From Akkermansiaceae bacterium (GTDB lineage: Bacteria; Verrucomicrobiota; Verrucomicrobiia; Verrucomicrobiales; Akkermansiaceae), in NCBI GenBank assembly GCA_051251915.1, contig JBPOGF010000020.1, positions 1 to 64,000 of the forward strand: DNA of 64,000 nucleotides. Direction: 5' to 3'. The position numbers and the translations under genes were made by a program. Below, piece after piece: positions 17,485 to 28,182 of the stretch. The notes beneath the pieces are model-generated. The model saw only the letters and a program-made list of their open reading frames with translations, was not told the origin of the DNA and made no database searches. Numbering within the stretch: position 1 is the stretch's first letter; each line of letters opens with the position of its first letter.

Positions 17485-20400
17485 CTACCTCCTAGTCCCT
17501 CTCTTCGCTGCCTTCTTAGCAGCTTTCTTAGCGGGCTTAGTAGGATTCTCAATGATATCATCCTCGTCCTCTTCTTCATTCGCACCATGCGTAAGAATGA
17601 ACTGAAGATCTTCCATATCAAGATTACTTGCGAAACCTTCGTCCCCAAGAACGTTAGTCACCAACGCAGTCTTCTGATGCTGAAGAACACGGATCTTCTC
17701 TTCAACCGTATTCCTTGTAAGCAAACGATACGCAATCACCTTATTCTTCTGACCAATACGGTGCGTTCTATCAATCGCCTGATTCTCCACAGCAGGGTTC
17801 CACCATGGATCATAAAGGATAACATAAGACGCAGAGGTAAGGTTTAGACCCGCACCACCCGCCTTAAGCGATAGCATGAATACAGATGGCTCCTTCGTAG
17901 TCTGGAACTTCTCAATCTCACCCTTACGGTCCTTAGTCTGACCTGTAAGATAATTATAGGCACGGCTTTCAGTTTCAAGACGAGCCTTAATAATATCTAG
18001 CATCGAAACAAACTGAGAGAACACCAACACCTTGTGACCCTCCTCGCGGAGCTGATCCAAAAGATAGAACAAAGCAGTCATCTTCGCACTCTCCTCCTTG
18101 AGGAACTTAGGATCGATCAACCCAGGGTGACAACAAATCTGACGCAAACGCATCAGCCCCTGAAGAATCGCAAATGAATTCTTCTTCACCGCCTCATCAG
18201 AATCAAGCCCAAGAAGAGCCTTCTGAATCCGCTTAAGTTCCGCCTTATAAAGATCAGCTTGGATGCCTTCCATTTCAGCAAAGACCTCTTCCTCAGTTCT
18301 AGGCGGAAGATCCTTCGCTACCTGAAGCTTCGTTCTACGAAGCAAGAACGGACGTAATCTAGAAGCAAGTCTGCTCTGAGATGTCGGATCCTTACGCTTA
18401 TCAAAGCGCTTCTTAAAGTAAGCCTTCGTTCCAAGAACACCCGGCATCGCGAACGCCATAAGCGACCACATATCCATCAGTCTATTCTCAATCGGAGTAC
18501 CAGTAAGAACCAACCTGTTAGAGGCATTCAATTCACGAGCCGCCTTAGCCGCCTTAGAATCTGGGTTCTTAATCTGCTGACCCTCATCAAGAATAACAGT
18601 AAGCCACTTGATCGTATTCAGCTCCTCACCACAAACTCGAAGCTGAGCGTAGTTGAGCACCACCATGTCTAACTCATTCTGAGCCTCATCAACATTAAGA
18701 TCATCCTTAGTTCTAAGAATTTTCACCTTAAGCTCAGGAGCAAATTTCTCCGCCTCCGTAGCCCAGACATCAAGAACAGACTTCGGACAAACAATTAACG
18801 CAGGCTTATGACTAGTCGCCTCATCCTTATCATTCTCCAGGCGTAACCACAGAATATAAGTAAGAGACTGAATCGTTTTACCCAGACCCATGTCATCCGC
18901 CAAAATACCACCAAAGCGGTTAGTTGCCAAATAAGCCAAGAACTTAAATCCATCAACCTGGTATGGTCTAAGCGTCGCATTCAACCCGTCTGGAACTTCC
19001 ACATCCACGTCCACAACAATATCTTTAGCTGTATCCTTGATGCGCTTCCAAGCCTTCGGATCGAATACCTCAGCCGCCTTCGGATCAGCAAGCTGAAGAG
19101 CATGCATCCGGTGCGTCTCACCAGAGAGATCGAACGGATCGAGTCCCAGTCTAGTAACAGCATCGCGCTGGTCGTCGTCGAGCTTGATCTCCAATCTCAT
19201 CCAACCACCATCTTCCATCCGCACATAACCACCACGAGCAGCCACTAACTGACGAATCTGAGTCTTAGAAAGATTCACACCCTCCACATCAATCACAATC
19301 CTAAGATCGAACCAATCGATATCCTGATTCACCACCTCGAAACGAATCGCTGCAGTCACTGGATCAGCAAGCAACGTCTTCAGCTTGAAATCCATTTCTA
19401 CTTCGACAGACTCAGGCATATCCTGTGCCCACTCTGAGAACTTCTCAGGAAATAGCTTAGTAACACGTGTCTTAAATTCATCTAACTTCTCATCATAGGT
19501 AAGTCCCATTTCTTGTAGCAAGGACGGCACAGGATACAGATCTTCACGAGCAAAACGCAACAACTGCTTCCCTTTGACCGGCTTCTGCTCCACAAGCTCC
19601 CACCCCTCTTTGATAAGTTTCTCAGTACGACGCTCCTTTTTCTCTAGCGCTTTGACATCAATCACCAAGTGCTCCGTCTCAGCAGCTGTAAGCCCCTGCT
19701 CAATGCGCATCTGGAAACGTGGATACAGATCCAGATCCATCACACGCTTCTTCATAGACTCAGGAAGTCTCGCTCCAATCTTGCGTAAGAACTCAATACC
19801 CTCAAGACTATCAATCACCTCTTTCGGGATCATGTAGCGTGGCATTACCTCCGTATTATTAAGCCATCTTGGTGGACCAGAAAATACGGTCTCATCTGAC
19901 TGATACAACTCCTCACGTCCAGGAAGTAGTCGCACAGAGTGAGATACATTTTCTCCCTCACTTGTAATAAGCTGAAGTGCAAATGAATCCGGATGGTAAG
20001 GATCATCCTCACAAATCCAACTGATTTCCTTAGGTGAAACCTTAAAGACTCTCTCATCCAAATTCACAATATAGCCTTTCAGCGCTTTCTGACGGAAGAG
20101 GCGATTCATAAATCGACAAGCTTCTTCAGTATCAAGATCCATAGTAGCCGCTCCCTCTTTACTATAGAAAGCGAGGAAATGCTCCCAGATCACTTGACTT
20201 GACGCATCCATTCGAAGTGCTGCCATTTCAAATAAGCCTACAAGACGATCAATATCATTCTTCTCACGAAGAGGTAACCACTCAGACTCATCTTCCTTAA
20301 CTTCCACTCTCGCCTCGTTAATAGTAGATACGATCCTAAATTCTATCTTAAGCGGCTTCTCCTGTGGCGGACGATCATTCACACTCTCAATCCTATCATA

Positions 20401-21054
20401 CCACTCAGCCACCTCGCGCTCCTTCTCCCAGTCCTGCATTTTCTTCTGCACTGACTTAAGATCCGTGATCGCATTCATGAAGTCCGCATACGGAAGCTTC
20501 TTCTTATAAAATGCATACGCCAAGTAATTCCAAAACTCTATAATATCCCCAGGAGGCATCGGCCATAGCTCCAAAGGCTCATAGCTCACTATCTCCCAAC
20601 GTGGATTAAGTCGGACCATATCATGATCGTGGATCTCTCCCTCGATCACATAACGACGGTAACGCTTCTCCACCTTAGTGACGAAATCCGCTTCCCCATC
20701 ATCAAGCTCACGATCAAGCTTCTCCTCGATCAAATCAATAATCGGAGTATCATCAAACTCATTCGGTGACTCCGGCAAATCTTCACCACGGTGCATGCGC
20801 TCCATCATTGTTGCATACATACATGCCCCAGCTATGGTTTCGTCTTCAGCCGTACAGCTTCCAAACCAGCGGTTACCTTGTAATCTGAGACTCGTTCTAT
20901 ATGTACCTGTCTTGTCTTCCACCCGTCCTTGAATGAAAAGGTGATTCCCAAAGATTTGGGTAACGGCACCCTCCTGCTGGAGATCGTCACCGCGATTACG
21001 AGCTTCTTCTGGGAAGCTATTAAGGAAATTCAATGTTGCTCTATCTGGATTCAT
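17485..21054 (-). CDS. SNF2/SWI2-family helicase-like ATPase
   Basis: LRPYQ, LADDMGLGKT, LDEGQ, LTGTPIEN, LLRRTK, FSQF, GGAGLNL and DPWWNPAVENQAIDRTHRIGQ motifs. Confidence 0.95.
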   Translation of the reverse strand: MNPDRATLNFLNSFPEEARNRGDDLQQEGAVTQIFGNHLFIQGRVEDKTGTYRTSLRLQGNRWFGSCTAEDETIAGACMYATMMERMHRGEDLPESPNEFDDTPIIDLIEEKLDRELDDGEADFVTKVEKRYRRYVIEGEIHDHDMVRLNPRWEIVSYEPLELWPMPPGDIIEFWNYLAYAFYKKKLPYADFMNAITDLKSVQKKMQDWEKEREVAEWYDRIESVNDRPPQEKPLKIEFRIVSTINEARVEVKEDESEWLPLREKNDIDRLVGLFEMAALRMDASSQVIWEHFLAFYSKEGAATMDLDTEEACRFMNRLFRQKALKGYIVNLDERVFKVSPKEISWICEDDPYHPDSFALQLITSEGENVSHSVRLLPGREELYQSDETVFSGPPRWLNNTEVMPRYMIPKEVIDSLEGIEFLRKIGARLPESMKKRVMDLDLYPRFQMRIEQGLTAAETEHLVIDVKALEKKERRTEKLIKEGWELVEQKPVKGKQLLRFAREDLYPVPSLLQEMGLTYDEKLDEFKTRVTKLFPEKFSEWAQDMPESVEVEMDFKLKTLLADPVTAAIRFEVVNQDIDWFDLRIVIDVEGVNLSKTQIRQLVAARGGYVRMEDGGWMRLEIKLDDDQRDAVTRLGLDPFDLSGETHRMHALQLADPKAAEVFDPKAWKRIKDTAKDIVVDVDVEVPDGLNATLRPYQVDGFKFLAYLATNRFGGILADDMGLGKTIQSLTYILWLRLENDKDEATSHKPALIVCPKSVLDVWATEAEKFAPELKVKILRTKDDLNVDEAQNELDMVVLNYAQLRVCGEELNTIKWLTVILDEGQQIKNPDSKAAKAARELNASNRLVLTGTPIENRLMDMWSLMAFAMPGVLGTKAYFKKRFDKRKDPTSQSRLASRLRPFLLRRTKLQVAKDLPPRTEEEVFAEMEGIQADLYKAELKRIQKALLGLDSDEAVKKNSFAILQGLMRLRQICCHPGLIDPKFLKEESAKMTALFYLLDQLREEGHKVLVFSQFVSMLDIIKARLETESRAYNYLTGQTKDRKGEIEKFQTTKEPSVFMLSLKAGGAGLNLTSASYVILYDPWWNPAVENQAIDRTHRIGQKNKVIAYRLLTRNTVEEKIRVLQHQKTALVTNVLGDEGFASNLDMEDLQFILTHGANEEEDEDDIIENPTKPAKKAAKKAAKRGTRR

Positions 21055-21271
21055 CCGAAATGATAATTTATATGGTTAATTCGGTCTCTCACTTGCTGCA
21101 GTTTGCAGACGTAGTGACTACCTCCCTCGGTACATTTTGGCGCGTCAAGGGAACGCAATGTTATAGGCTATATTTCCTATCTGGCAAGATAAGAATACAT
21201 CTAAATCTGTTAACAACTCATAACAGCCCAAAAAACCTCTAAAGTCCCCCTCAGATCAGCTTCCCATCGGA

Positions 21272-22135
21272 CTATCCCGCCATCGTCGCCACCACACGCT
21301 GAGCGATGACTCCAACTCCATCAATCCCCATTTCAACCAAATCACCAGCTCCCAAATAATGAGGTGGCTTCATCCCCATCCCCACACCCGCCGGAGTCCC
21401 CGTCGCAATCACATCACCCGGAAGCAAAGTCATGAACTGAGAAATATAACTCACCAAAAACGGAACACTGAAAATCATATCCCGAGTATTTGCATCCTGA
21501 CGCAACTCCCCGTTCACTTTCGTCCAAACCCGCAGATCCCCCACATCTGACACTTCATCAGCCGTCACTAGATACGGTCCCATCGGGGCAAAAGTATCCG
21601 CACTCTTCCCCTTCGTCCACTGCCCACCTCGATGCTTCTGAAACTCTCGCTCAGAATAATCACCAATTACAGAATACCCCGCTATATAATTACCAGCATT
21701 CTCCTCACTCACATTCTTAGCTGTCCGGCCTATCACCACAGCTAGCTCCACCTCATAATCCAGATGCGTGCTACCCAACGGGATTTCCACATTATCAAAT
21801 GGTCCACAATATGAAGTAGTAGCCTTCATAAATAAAACCGGCTCAGCAGGAACCTCACTCCCAAATTCCCTAGCATGCTCCGCATAATTTTTCCCCACGC
21901 AGACAATTTTAGACGGCCGAGCCACCGGAGCTGCAATCCTCACATCGTCAGAAATCACACCAGGAACTCCCCCTTCACAGCCGTTTTTAATCCAAGACTT
22001 CATAGTGTCCATTCCTCCATCAGTGAAAAAGGCTTCATCATAAGATTGACACTGACTACCAGCATTGATGATTTCACCATTCACAACCACCCCAACATCC
22101 TCAAAACCAAGTTTTCCATAACGCACTAATTTCAT
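21272..22135 (-). CDS. Fumarylacetoacetate hydrolase family protein
   Basis: KIVCVGKNYAEH, DYEVELAVVIG, GKSADTFAPMGP and GDVIATGTPAGVG motifs; ATG6 nt inside the ORF-track GTG start (22141). Confidence 0.92.
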   Translation of the reverse strand: MKLVRYGKLGFEDVGVVVNGEIINAGSQCQSYDEAFFTDGGMDTMKSWIKNGCEGGVPGVISDDVRIAAPVARPSKIVCVGKNYAEHAREFGSEVPAEPVLFMKATTSYCGPFDNVEIPLGSTHLDYEVELAVVIGRTAKNVSEENAGNYIAGYSVIGDYSEREFQKHRGGQWTKGKSADTFAPMGPYLVTADEVSDVGDLRVWTKVNGELRQDANTRDMIFSVPFLVSYISQFMTLLPGDVIATGTPAGVGMGMKPPHYLGAGDLVEMGIDGVGVIAQRVVATMAG

Positions 22136-23290
22136 ACTCACACACTACCACTCCCAATAATTAGGAAAAGATTTTTCACCACGAGATTTCCAAAATACCC
22201 ATCCTCTAATTTACCCCAAAACAAAACAATCATCATAATACCACCTCACATTAATAGTAATAAATCGTCACCTACAACAACTCAATCAACCTCAAAAAAA
22301 TATCAAACCCTCGAATCAAGAGAAATTCACAACGCTCCAAACACATCACAGTCACACAGATCCCGCACACCACATCAGACCACTATCACCAAAACAAAGA
22401 ACAAACCTAAACTTAGTCCACCTTCAACACACCCCAAACACAAACAACCAGTAGACACACCCTCACTAAAACAACCAAATAACAGCAAAATAACCACCCC
22501 AATAAAACTTCAATCCACATTCGTAAAGCTTCAACATCACTTCTGATAAATAAAAAACATGACCATTTTTAACAAAAAAAACATTGAACCCAACACTAAA
22601 GTACACTCAATTAAGCACCCACCCACATCCACAAAACCTCCAACTATTCATGCATCGCAACCATACACCCTTAATCAATAAACCTAAAATAACACCATAA
22701 AATTTAACTAACGTTGATAATCAAGTTAAAACATTTAATTTAAAATCCTGTAAAAATTCATAAATTATTAACATCAAGTGAATTAAATATACAATATCAG
22801 CAATGAGTCATAAATCTAAAACTAATCACTAAACTGTTTGATTCAAATACGTGTAAAATCTCCCAACTAACTCAAAACAAATTAATTAACAGAATATTTA
22901 CTTTTAAAAAACCACATAAAACACTCGACACAGCTAAATACCAACTACTTTAGGCTTCACTTAAACTCACTCTGCAACAAATAATAATCCAGAACACAGC
23001 CTAACCGGAGCCTAATCATAGCGCGACCAGAACCTTCTAAGCAAAAGACTCCCCCAGCTGCGATCCAAAAAGTAAAATCCCCCACCCAACCATCAGCACA
23101 ATAAATATAAAATACGCCCTGACGAATAAAAACCACAAAGTAAACACACCCTCCCCATACAAAAAACCCAAAGCTCACAACTTAATCCTAGCCAGGCCAC
23201 ACATAATAATCTCCCACACCCACGAGTTCACCCTCCCCCTTCAAATGCTTCAGTCAATAGAAACACCACTTTCTCCAAATCCAATAGTGT

Positions 23291-23310
23291 TGTGAATAAC
23301 TTGTGGATAC
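23291..23310 (-). promoter_or_regulatory. Tandem DnaA boxes
   Basis: TGTGAATAA (reverse complement TTATTCACA, consensus) and TGTGGATAC (one mismatch), 2 bp apart, standing out in a G-depleted intergenic region. Confidence 0.5.
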
Positions 23311-23573
23311 CTCATAACTAATTATCACCACCTCACTACCTTACCAGCATCAAAAGAAAAGCATCCCCACAGGAGCGAATTCATTCATTCAAACAAATGA
23401 TTAAATCATTAGATTTAATATTCATTATTCGCCACAATAATAAAAAATAATCAATAACGCTCACCAACCAAAAAGTAATTCCCCTCAAGACCATCTGATC
23501 TCAATGATAATATTCGAGCCAGCAGTCCGGGATAAATCTGGAAGTTACGGGTCCGCTACTATAAAGAAAAGTC

Positions 23574-24050
23574 ATGCAAGAATTCACACACATTGATGAG
23601 GAGAATCAGCCCGGAATGGTAGACGTTTCTGATAAGAAAACTGCCCAACGTGAAGCAGTCGCAGAATGCATTGTCGAGCTCGGCGAAGCACTGATGAACC
23701 AACTCGACTCCGATGACATCCAGTCCAAAAAAGGCCCCGTGTTTCAGACCGCCATTATAGCTGGAACCATGGCAGCTAAGAAGACCTCAGATCTCATCCC
23801 CTTCTGTCATCCACTACCACTTGAAAAGTGCAAATTCAAAATCGAACCCATCAGTAAATCTGCGGTAATGGTCCGTTGCACCTGCCTAACAAATGCTCGA
23901 ACAGGAGTAGAAATGGAAGCCCTAACAGGTGCAAGCATCGCCGGTTTGACTATCTATGATATGTGCAAAGCTGTGAATAAAGCCATCATCATTTCCGAGA
24001 CTAAACTCATCTCCAAGACCGGAGGAAAATCAGATTTCAACACCAAATAA
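23574..24050 (+). CDS. moaC: Cyclic pyranopterin monophosphate synthase MoaC
   Basis: MVDVSDK, LIPFCHPL, TGVEMEAL, IYDMCKA and KTGGKS motifs. Confidence 0.95.
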   Translation: MQEFTHIDEENQPGMVDVSDKKTAQREAVAECIVELGEALMNQLDSDDIQSKKGPVFQTAIIAGTMAAKKTSDLIPFCHPLPLEKCKFKIEPISKSAVMVRCTCLTNARTGVEMEALTGASIAGLTIYDMCKAVNKAIIISETKLISKTGGKSDFNTK

Positions 24051-24059
24051 CCCACTCAT

Positions 24060-24875
24060 ATGATCACTGGAATTCTACTAGTTGGAGGCCAATCTAGTCG
24101 CATGGGCGAAGACAAATCTGAACTAATTTATCAAAACGGACAGACTGAAAAAGAACGCCTGTATAAAATCCTCAACAAGCTCTGCGACAAAACTTACCTC
24201 TGCCATCGTGCCGATCAACCCCAAGAACACCCCAGCATCATTGACCCCGGAAACGGCCCACTTGCCGCCATCGCCACAGCAGCACAACTACAATCCCACC
24301 CCAACAGCGCTCTACTAGTTTTAGCATGTGATACCCCCCTACTCACTACACAAGACATCACTCACCTCATCGAGCATAGAGACCCGTCAGTAATGGCGAC
24401 CTGCTACACCAGTGCCATCGACCAAAAACCAGAACCACTATGCGCAATCTACGAACCTGCATTTTTCCCCGCCATCATCGAAGCGGTAGAAAATAACCAA
24501 TATTGCCCAAGACGTCTATTACAGCAAAACAACACCAAAAACATCACGCTCACCACCCCTCAAGCCTTACTCAATGCAAACTCCCCAGCAGAAAAAATTG
24601 AGGTCATGTCCATACTAAATCAGACCAGAACGATGAAAACTATCGAACTCAAATACTTCGCCCAACTCCGAGAAATAGCTCAGAAAGACTCCGAAACCCT
24701 CCAAACAGAATCCGCCACACCCGCCGGCCTTTATGAAGAGGTCAAACAGCGATACCAATTCCCTCACAAACAGAAACACCTCATGGTCGCAATCAACGAA
24801 GAGTTTTCAACCTGGGATCAACTCCTCAAAGAGGGCGACGAAGTCGTCTTCATCCCACCCGTCGCAGGTGGATAA
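24060..24875 (+). CDS. mobA: MobA-like molybdenum cofactor guanylyltransferase fused to a MoaD sulfur carrier
   Basis: N-terminal LVGGQSSRMGEDK, GPLA, ACDTP and EPLCAIY; C-terminal YFAQLRE...VAINEEF...GDEVVFIPPVAGG. Confidence 0.85.
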   Translation: MITGILLVGGQSSRMGEDKSELIYQNGQTEKERLYKILNKLCDKTYLCHRADQPQEHPSIIDPGNGPLAAIATAAQLQSHPNSALLVLACDTPLLTTQDITHLIEHRDPSVMATCYTSAIDQKPEPLCAIYEPAFFPAIIEAVENNQYCPRRLLQQNNTKNITLTTPQALLNANSPAEKIEVMSILNQTRTMKTIELKYFAQLREIAQKDSETLQTESATPAGLYEEVKQRYQFPHKQKHLMVAINEEFSTWDQLLKEGDEVVFIPPVAGG

Positions 24876-24892
24876 TCTAGTATATTGGCTAA

Positions 24893-25153
24893 CTACTCGC
24901 CACGCATCACTTTCAGTATATCGTAAACTGCCATCAAAATGATGAACAGAACATACATACCCACCAATCCCCAAAAAAAGGTAAACCTAACCACCCCATC
25001 ACTCAACCAATCATCGATCACGTAAGACCCAACTCCAACCAAGACCAGCATAAAAATCACTAGCTGAGTCATCATTTTCCTCCTCAGAGTTCGATCGTGC
25101 AAGATGCCTTTTGCAAGCATCAGACAAGTACTGACATATCCGTTATTTTTCAT
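24893..25153 (-). CDS. Small membrane protein with two TM helices
   Basis: 86-aa ORF 20 bp downstream of menD with two hydrophobic segments. Confidence 0.7.
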   Translation of the reverse strand: MKNNGYVSTCLMLAKGILHDRTLRRKMMTQLVIFMLVLVGVGSYVIDDWLSDGVVRFTFFWGLVGMYVLFIILMAVYDILKVMRGE

Positions 25154-25173
25154 ATTCCTGATCTTTTAAATTT

Positions 25174-26760
25174 CTAATTATTAAGTTTCTCATAGGCTTC
25201 CCAGAATGCCTGCGTCTGCTTTTCACAAGGAACTAACTCCACTACCAGTGGTGCCTCCCCCGCTTCTATTTCAAGTTCATCCACATTCTCAACACGCTGA
25301 TAATCCCATCCCCACATCATCGCCCATGACTCAAAACTAAATGCATGCTCATTCGCGATGATCCCTTTCTGCGCCCCATCCATCTTCTGAACTCTCGGTA
25401 GCCTATCAAAGATCCTTCCACCACCATTATTCATCACCACGATGACGCGACCTTCAGCTTCACAATCGTGTAACAAACTAGGTGCCGATAAATCATAGAG
25501 CGCAGTTAAATCACCAATTAAAATCCATGCATCATGAATCCCATGCGTCCAGCCAGCCCAGGTAGCTAACTGCCCATCTATCCCATTTGCACCACGATTT
25601 GCCCGCACCAACTCATGTGGCACGTCCTTGTCTCGCTGCGCAAACAACCCCCATTCTCGAATCGGTAAACTATTACCCAAATAAACACTCTCCGCCATCG
25701 TGGCATAAATGGAAGTCATCCTAACAAATGACGGCTCACTATCCGGAAATCTCTCTAACAGCTCATCGATCTGAGCTACTCTCCAACCATTTCCATTGAG
25801 TATATCTGTCACATCCCCCACCTCATCCACTCCCCCTATACCTTTAATAATCCTGCTAATACTCCCTGTGATCGTCTCACTTTTACGAGCCAGCCCACTA
25901 AAGCCAGTCCTAGAAATATTTAAGATTTCAACCTGAGGTAACTTCTCCAAATCTCGCCAAAACCTACCAACCGGCACATCACCAATCCGCAGCACTTTAG
26001 CAAACTGAGCCTTCTTCAGCACCTTATCTGGATCAGCCAAACACAGATCACCTAACAATTCACGCAATCCCGATGTTGGGTCGGCCACTACAGGAATTTT
26101 AAGCGTTTTAAGAAAGTCAAACACATCAGCCCTATCCTCCGGCTCCAGCCCACCAAGAAACACAACCACCCCTTGCCAAACATCATCAAAAAATCTCACC
26201 AAACTAGAAACATTGATTTTCTCACGCTCTGGATTCCACTCCCCTACTTCATCTAAAGCACCACATTCAGCATCGAGCTCCTCACAATCTTCCCCTAAAC
26301 AAACATTCACATGCCACGGGATCTTGCCATTCCATCCACTGAAAAGCACCGCAGCTTCTGCCTCCACATCTTCACAACCACCCACATAATCCCCAAATAT
26401 CCCCACCTGCTGGATCGCCTGCGGTGCACCGCTCCCCCTATATTCAGACGGCCTATCAGCACTAATCACCAGCAACGGTCTCCCCTGATAATGACACTCC
26501 ACCACGGCCGGCAGAAGTTCAGCCACAGCAGTGCCCGAGGTAGTGATCACAGCACACGGTTCACGTGTATCCATCATCCTACCCAAGGCGTAAAATCCCG
26601 CCGCACGCTCCTCGAAATGTGACCATACAACCACATCCTCACACTTTAGCAGCGCCGAAATAAGTGGTATGTTCCTAGCTCCAGAACAAACCACAAATTC
26701 CCTCACCCCTTTAGTCAGGCATTCGCCTATCACGCTACGCGCTATATCCATGTCATTCAC
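25174..26760 (-). CDS. menD: SEPHCHC synthase (menaquinone biosynthesis)
   Basis: TTSGTAVAELLPAVVE, SADRP, GAPQAI, ANRGANGIDG, IGDLTALYD and NNGGGRIF motifs. Confidence 0.92.
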   Translation of the reverse strand: MNDMDIARSVIGECLTKGVREFVVCSGARNIPLISALLKCEDVVVWSHFEERAAGFYALGRMMDTREPCAVITTSGTAVAELLPAVVECHYQGRPLLVISADRPSEYRGSGAPQAIQQVGIFGDYVGGCEDVEAEAAVLFSGWNGKIPWHVNVCLGEDCEELDAECGALDEVGEWNPEREKINVSSLVRFFDDVWQGVVVFLGGLEPEDRADVFDFLKTLKIPVVADPTSGLRELLGDLCLADPDKVLKKAQFAKVLRIGDVPVGRFWRDLEKLPQVEILNISRTGFSGLARKSETITGSISRIIKGIGGVDEVGDVTDILNGNGWRVAQIDELLERFPDSEPSFVRMTSIYATMAESVYLGNSLPIREWGLFAQRDKDVPHELVRANRGANGIDGQLATWAGWTHGIHDAWILIGDLTALYDLSAPSLLHDCEAEGRVIVVMNNGGGRIFDRLPRVQKMDGAQKGIIANEHAFSFESWAMMWGWDYQRVENVDELEIEAGEAPLVVELVPCEKQTQAFWEAYEKLNN

Positions 26761-26835
26761 TCAGCCTTATTACAGGCTAGCATTCAGCTTGTCCATTCTT
26801 TCAAAGCCTAAATAACACTCAGAAATAAATCTAAC

Positions 26836-28128
26836 TTATTTCGCTAAGCCCTCTTGCCGCGCAGTATCCTTGATCTGTCCATCACCAGTGATGCGATATT
26901 GATATGAGCACAACTCAACCAAGCCCATCGGCCCACGAGCATGCAATTTATCAGTCGAAATTCCAATCTCAGCCCCAAAGCCAAATTCCTCGCCATCGGA
27001 AAATCGAGTCGAAACATTATGATACACACAAGCTGAATCAATCGAACTCAAGAACACCCCTGCCTGTTGGTCATTTTTAGAAATAATCACCTCACTGTGA
27101 TGAGAACCGTAATGGTTAATATGACCAATTGCTTCATCAATACCCTCCACCACTTTAACAGACAATATCAGATCCAAATACTCAGTGGACCAGTCTTCCT
27201 CAGTAGCCGGAGTGACACCAGAAATAATAGCCTGTGTCTTCTCACAACCGCGGATTTCGACATTTCTCTGATCCATACGTAACTTCAACTTCGGCAAAAA
27301 TTCCGCCGCAATAGAGCTATCCACCAACGCAGTCTCTAGCGCATTACAAACTGATGGCTTTTGAGTCTTAGCATCATCAATAATAGCCACCGCCAAATCC
27401 TGGTCAGCCTCAGCCTCCACGTAAGCATGACAAATTCCATCGTAATGCTTGATCACAGGCATACGAGCCATCGAGACAACCGCCTCAATCAACCCCTTAC
27501 CTCCACGAGGAATAATAAGATCCAAATATTTATCCATCCCCGCAAGCACCTGCACAGATTCTCTATCCGTAAATGGAATGAGCTGAATAGCCCCCTTAGG
27601 CAGCCCAGCTTTCTCGCCACCTTCTTGTAGCGCTTTAGCTATCGCTTTGTTAGAATGGATCGCCTCAGAACCACCACGCAAAATAGTCGCGTTTCCTGAC
27701 TTGAAACACAGTACCGCCGCATCAGATGTCACATTCGGCCTAGACTCAAAAATAATCCCTATCACACCAATAGGCACCCGAATTTTATCAATCTTAATCC
27801 CATTAGGACGATCAATCGTTTCTAGCTTTTCCCCAACAGGATCTGGCAAATCTGCAACCTGCTCAATCCCACCAGCAATCGCATCAATACGAGCTGCATC
27901 TAAAATAAGCCGATCTCGAAGAGAACCAGTAATACCCCGCTCATCTGCGGAATGAATGTCATCCGCATTAGCTTTGAGTATCTGCGCACTGTTCGCGCGG
28001 ACCGAAGCCGCCATTGCTCGGAGAATGTCGGATTTTTGCTCAGCACTAAGGAGTGAGATAGCGAGCGCAGCACTACGTGCCTGACGCCCCATGTCATAAA
28101 TTTGGCTGTGAATTTCTTCTGAAGTCAT
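26836..28128 (-). CDS. proA: Gamma-glutamyl phosphate reductase
   Basis: IFESRPNVT, LRGGSEA, PRGG, SVCNALET and GAEIGISTDKLHARGPMG motifs. Confidence 0.95.
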   Translation of the reverse strand: MTSEEIHSQIYDMGRQARSAALAISLLSAEQKSDILRAMAASVRANSAQILKANADDIHSADERGITGSLRDRLILDAARIDAIAGGIEQVADLPDPVGEKLETIDRPNGIKIDKIRVPIGVIGIIFESRPNVTSDAAVLCFKSGNATILRGGSEAIHSNKAIAKALQEGGEKAGLPKGAIQLIPFTDRESVQVLAGMDKYLDLIIPRGGKGLIEAVVSMARMPVIKHYDGICHAYVEAEADQDLAVAIIDDAKTQKPSVCNALETALVDSSIAAEFLPKLKLRMDQRNVEIRGCEKTQAIISGVTPATEEDWSTEYLDLILSVKVVEGIDEAIGHINHYGSHHSEVIISKNDQQAGVFLSSIDSACVYHNVSTRFSDGEEFGFGAEIGISTDKLHARGPMGLVELCSYQYRITGDGQIKDTARQEGLAK

Positions 28129-28182
28129 TAGTTTATTTGTTAAATTATTGAGTGATTTAATGAATAATAAAAGCGAATCTAG

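Noticed and set aside
17382..17847. ORFs 17382-17648, 17455-17847 and 14493-14681
   Set aside because: They are alternative frames of the SNF2 3' end and its duplicate, not independent genes.
22957..23178. 73-aa minus-strand ORF in the long intergenic region
   Set aside because: TTG/GTG-type start, F/V/G/C-rich composition expected from the skew, and no recognisable motif.
23500..23573. Moco riboswitch upstream of moaC
   Set aside because: Only a small hairpin is visible; I could not identify the conserved Moco RNA elements. An Rfam scan would settle it.
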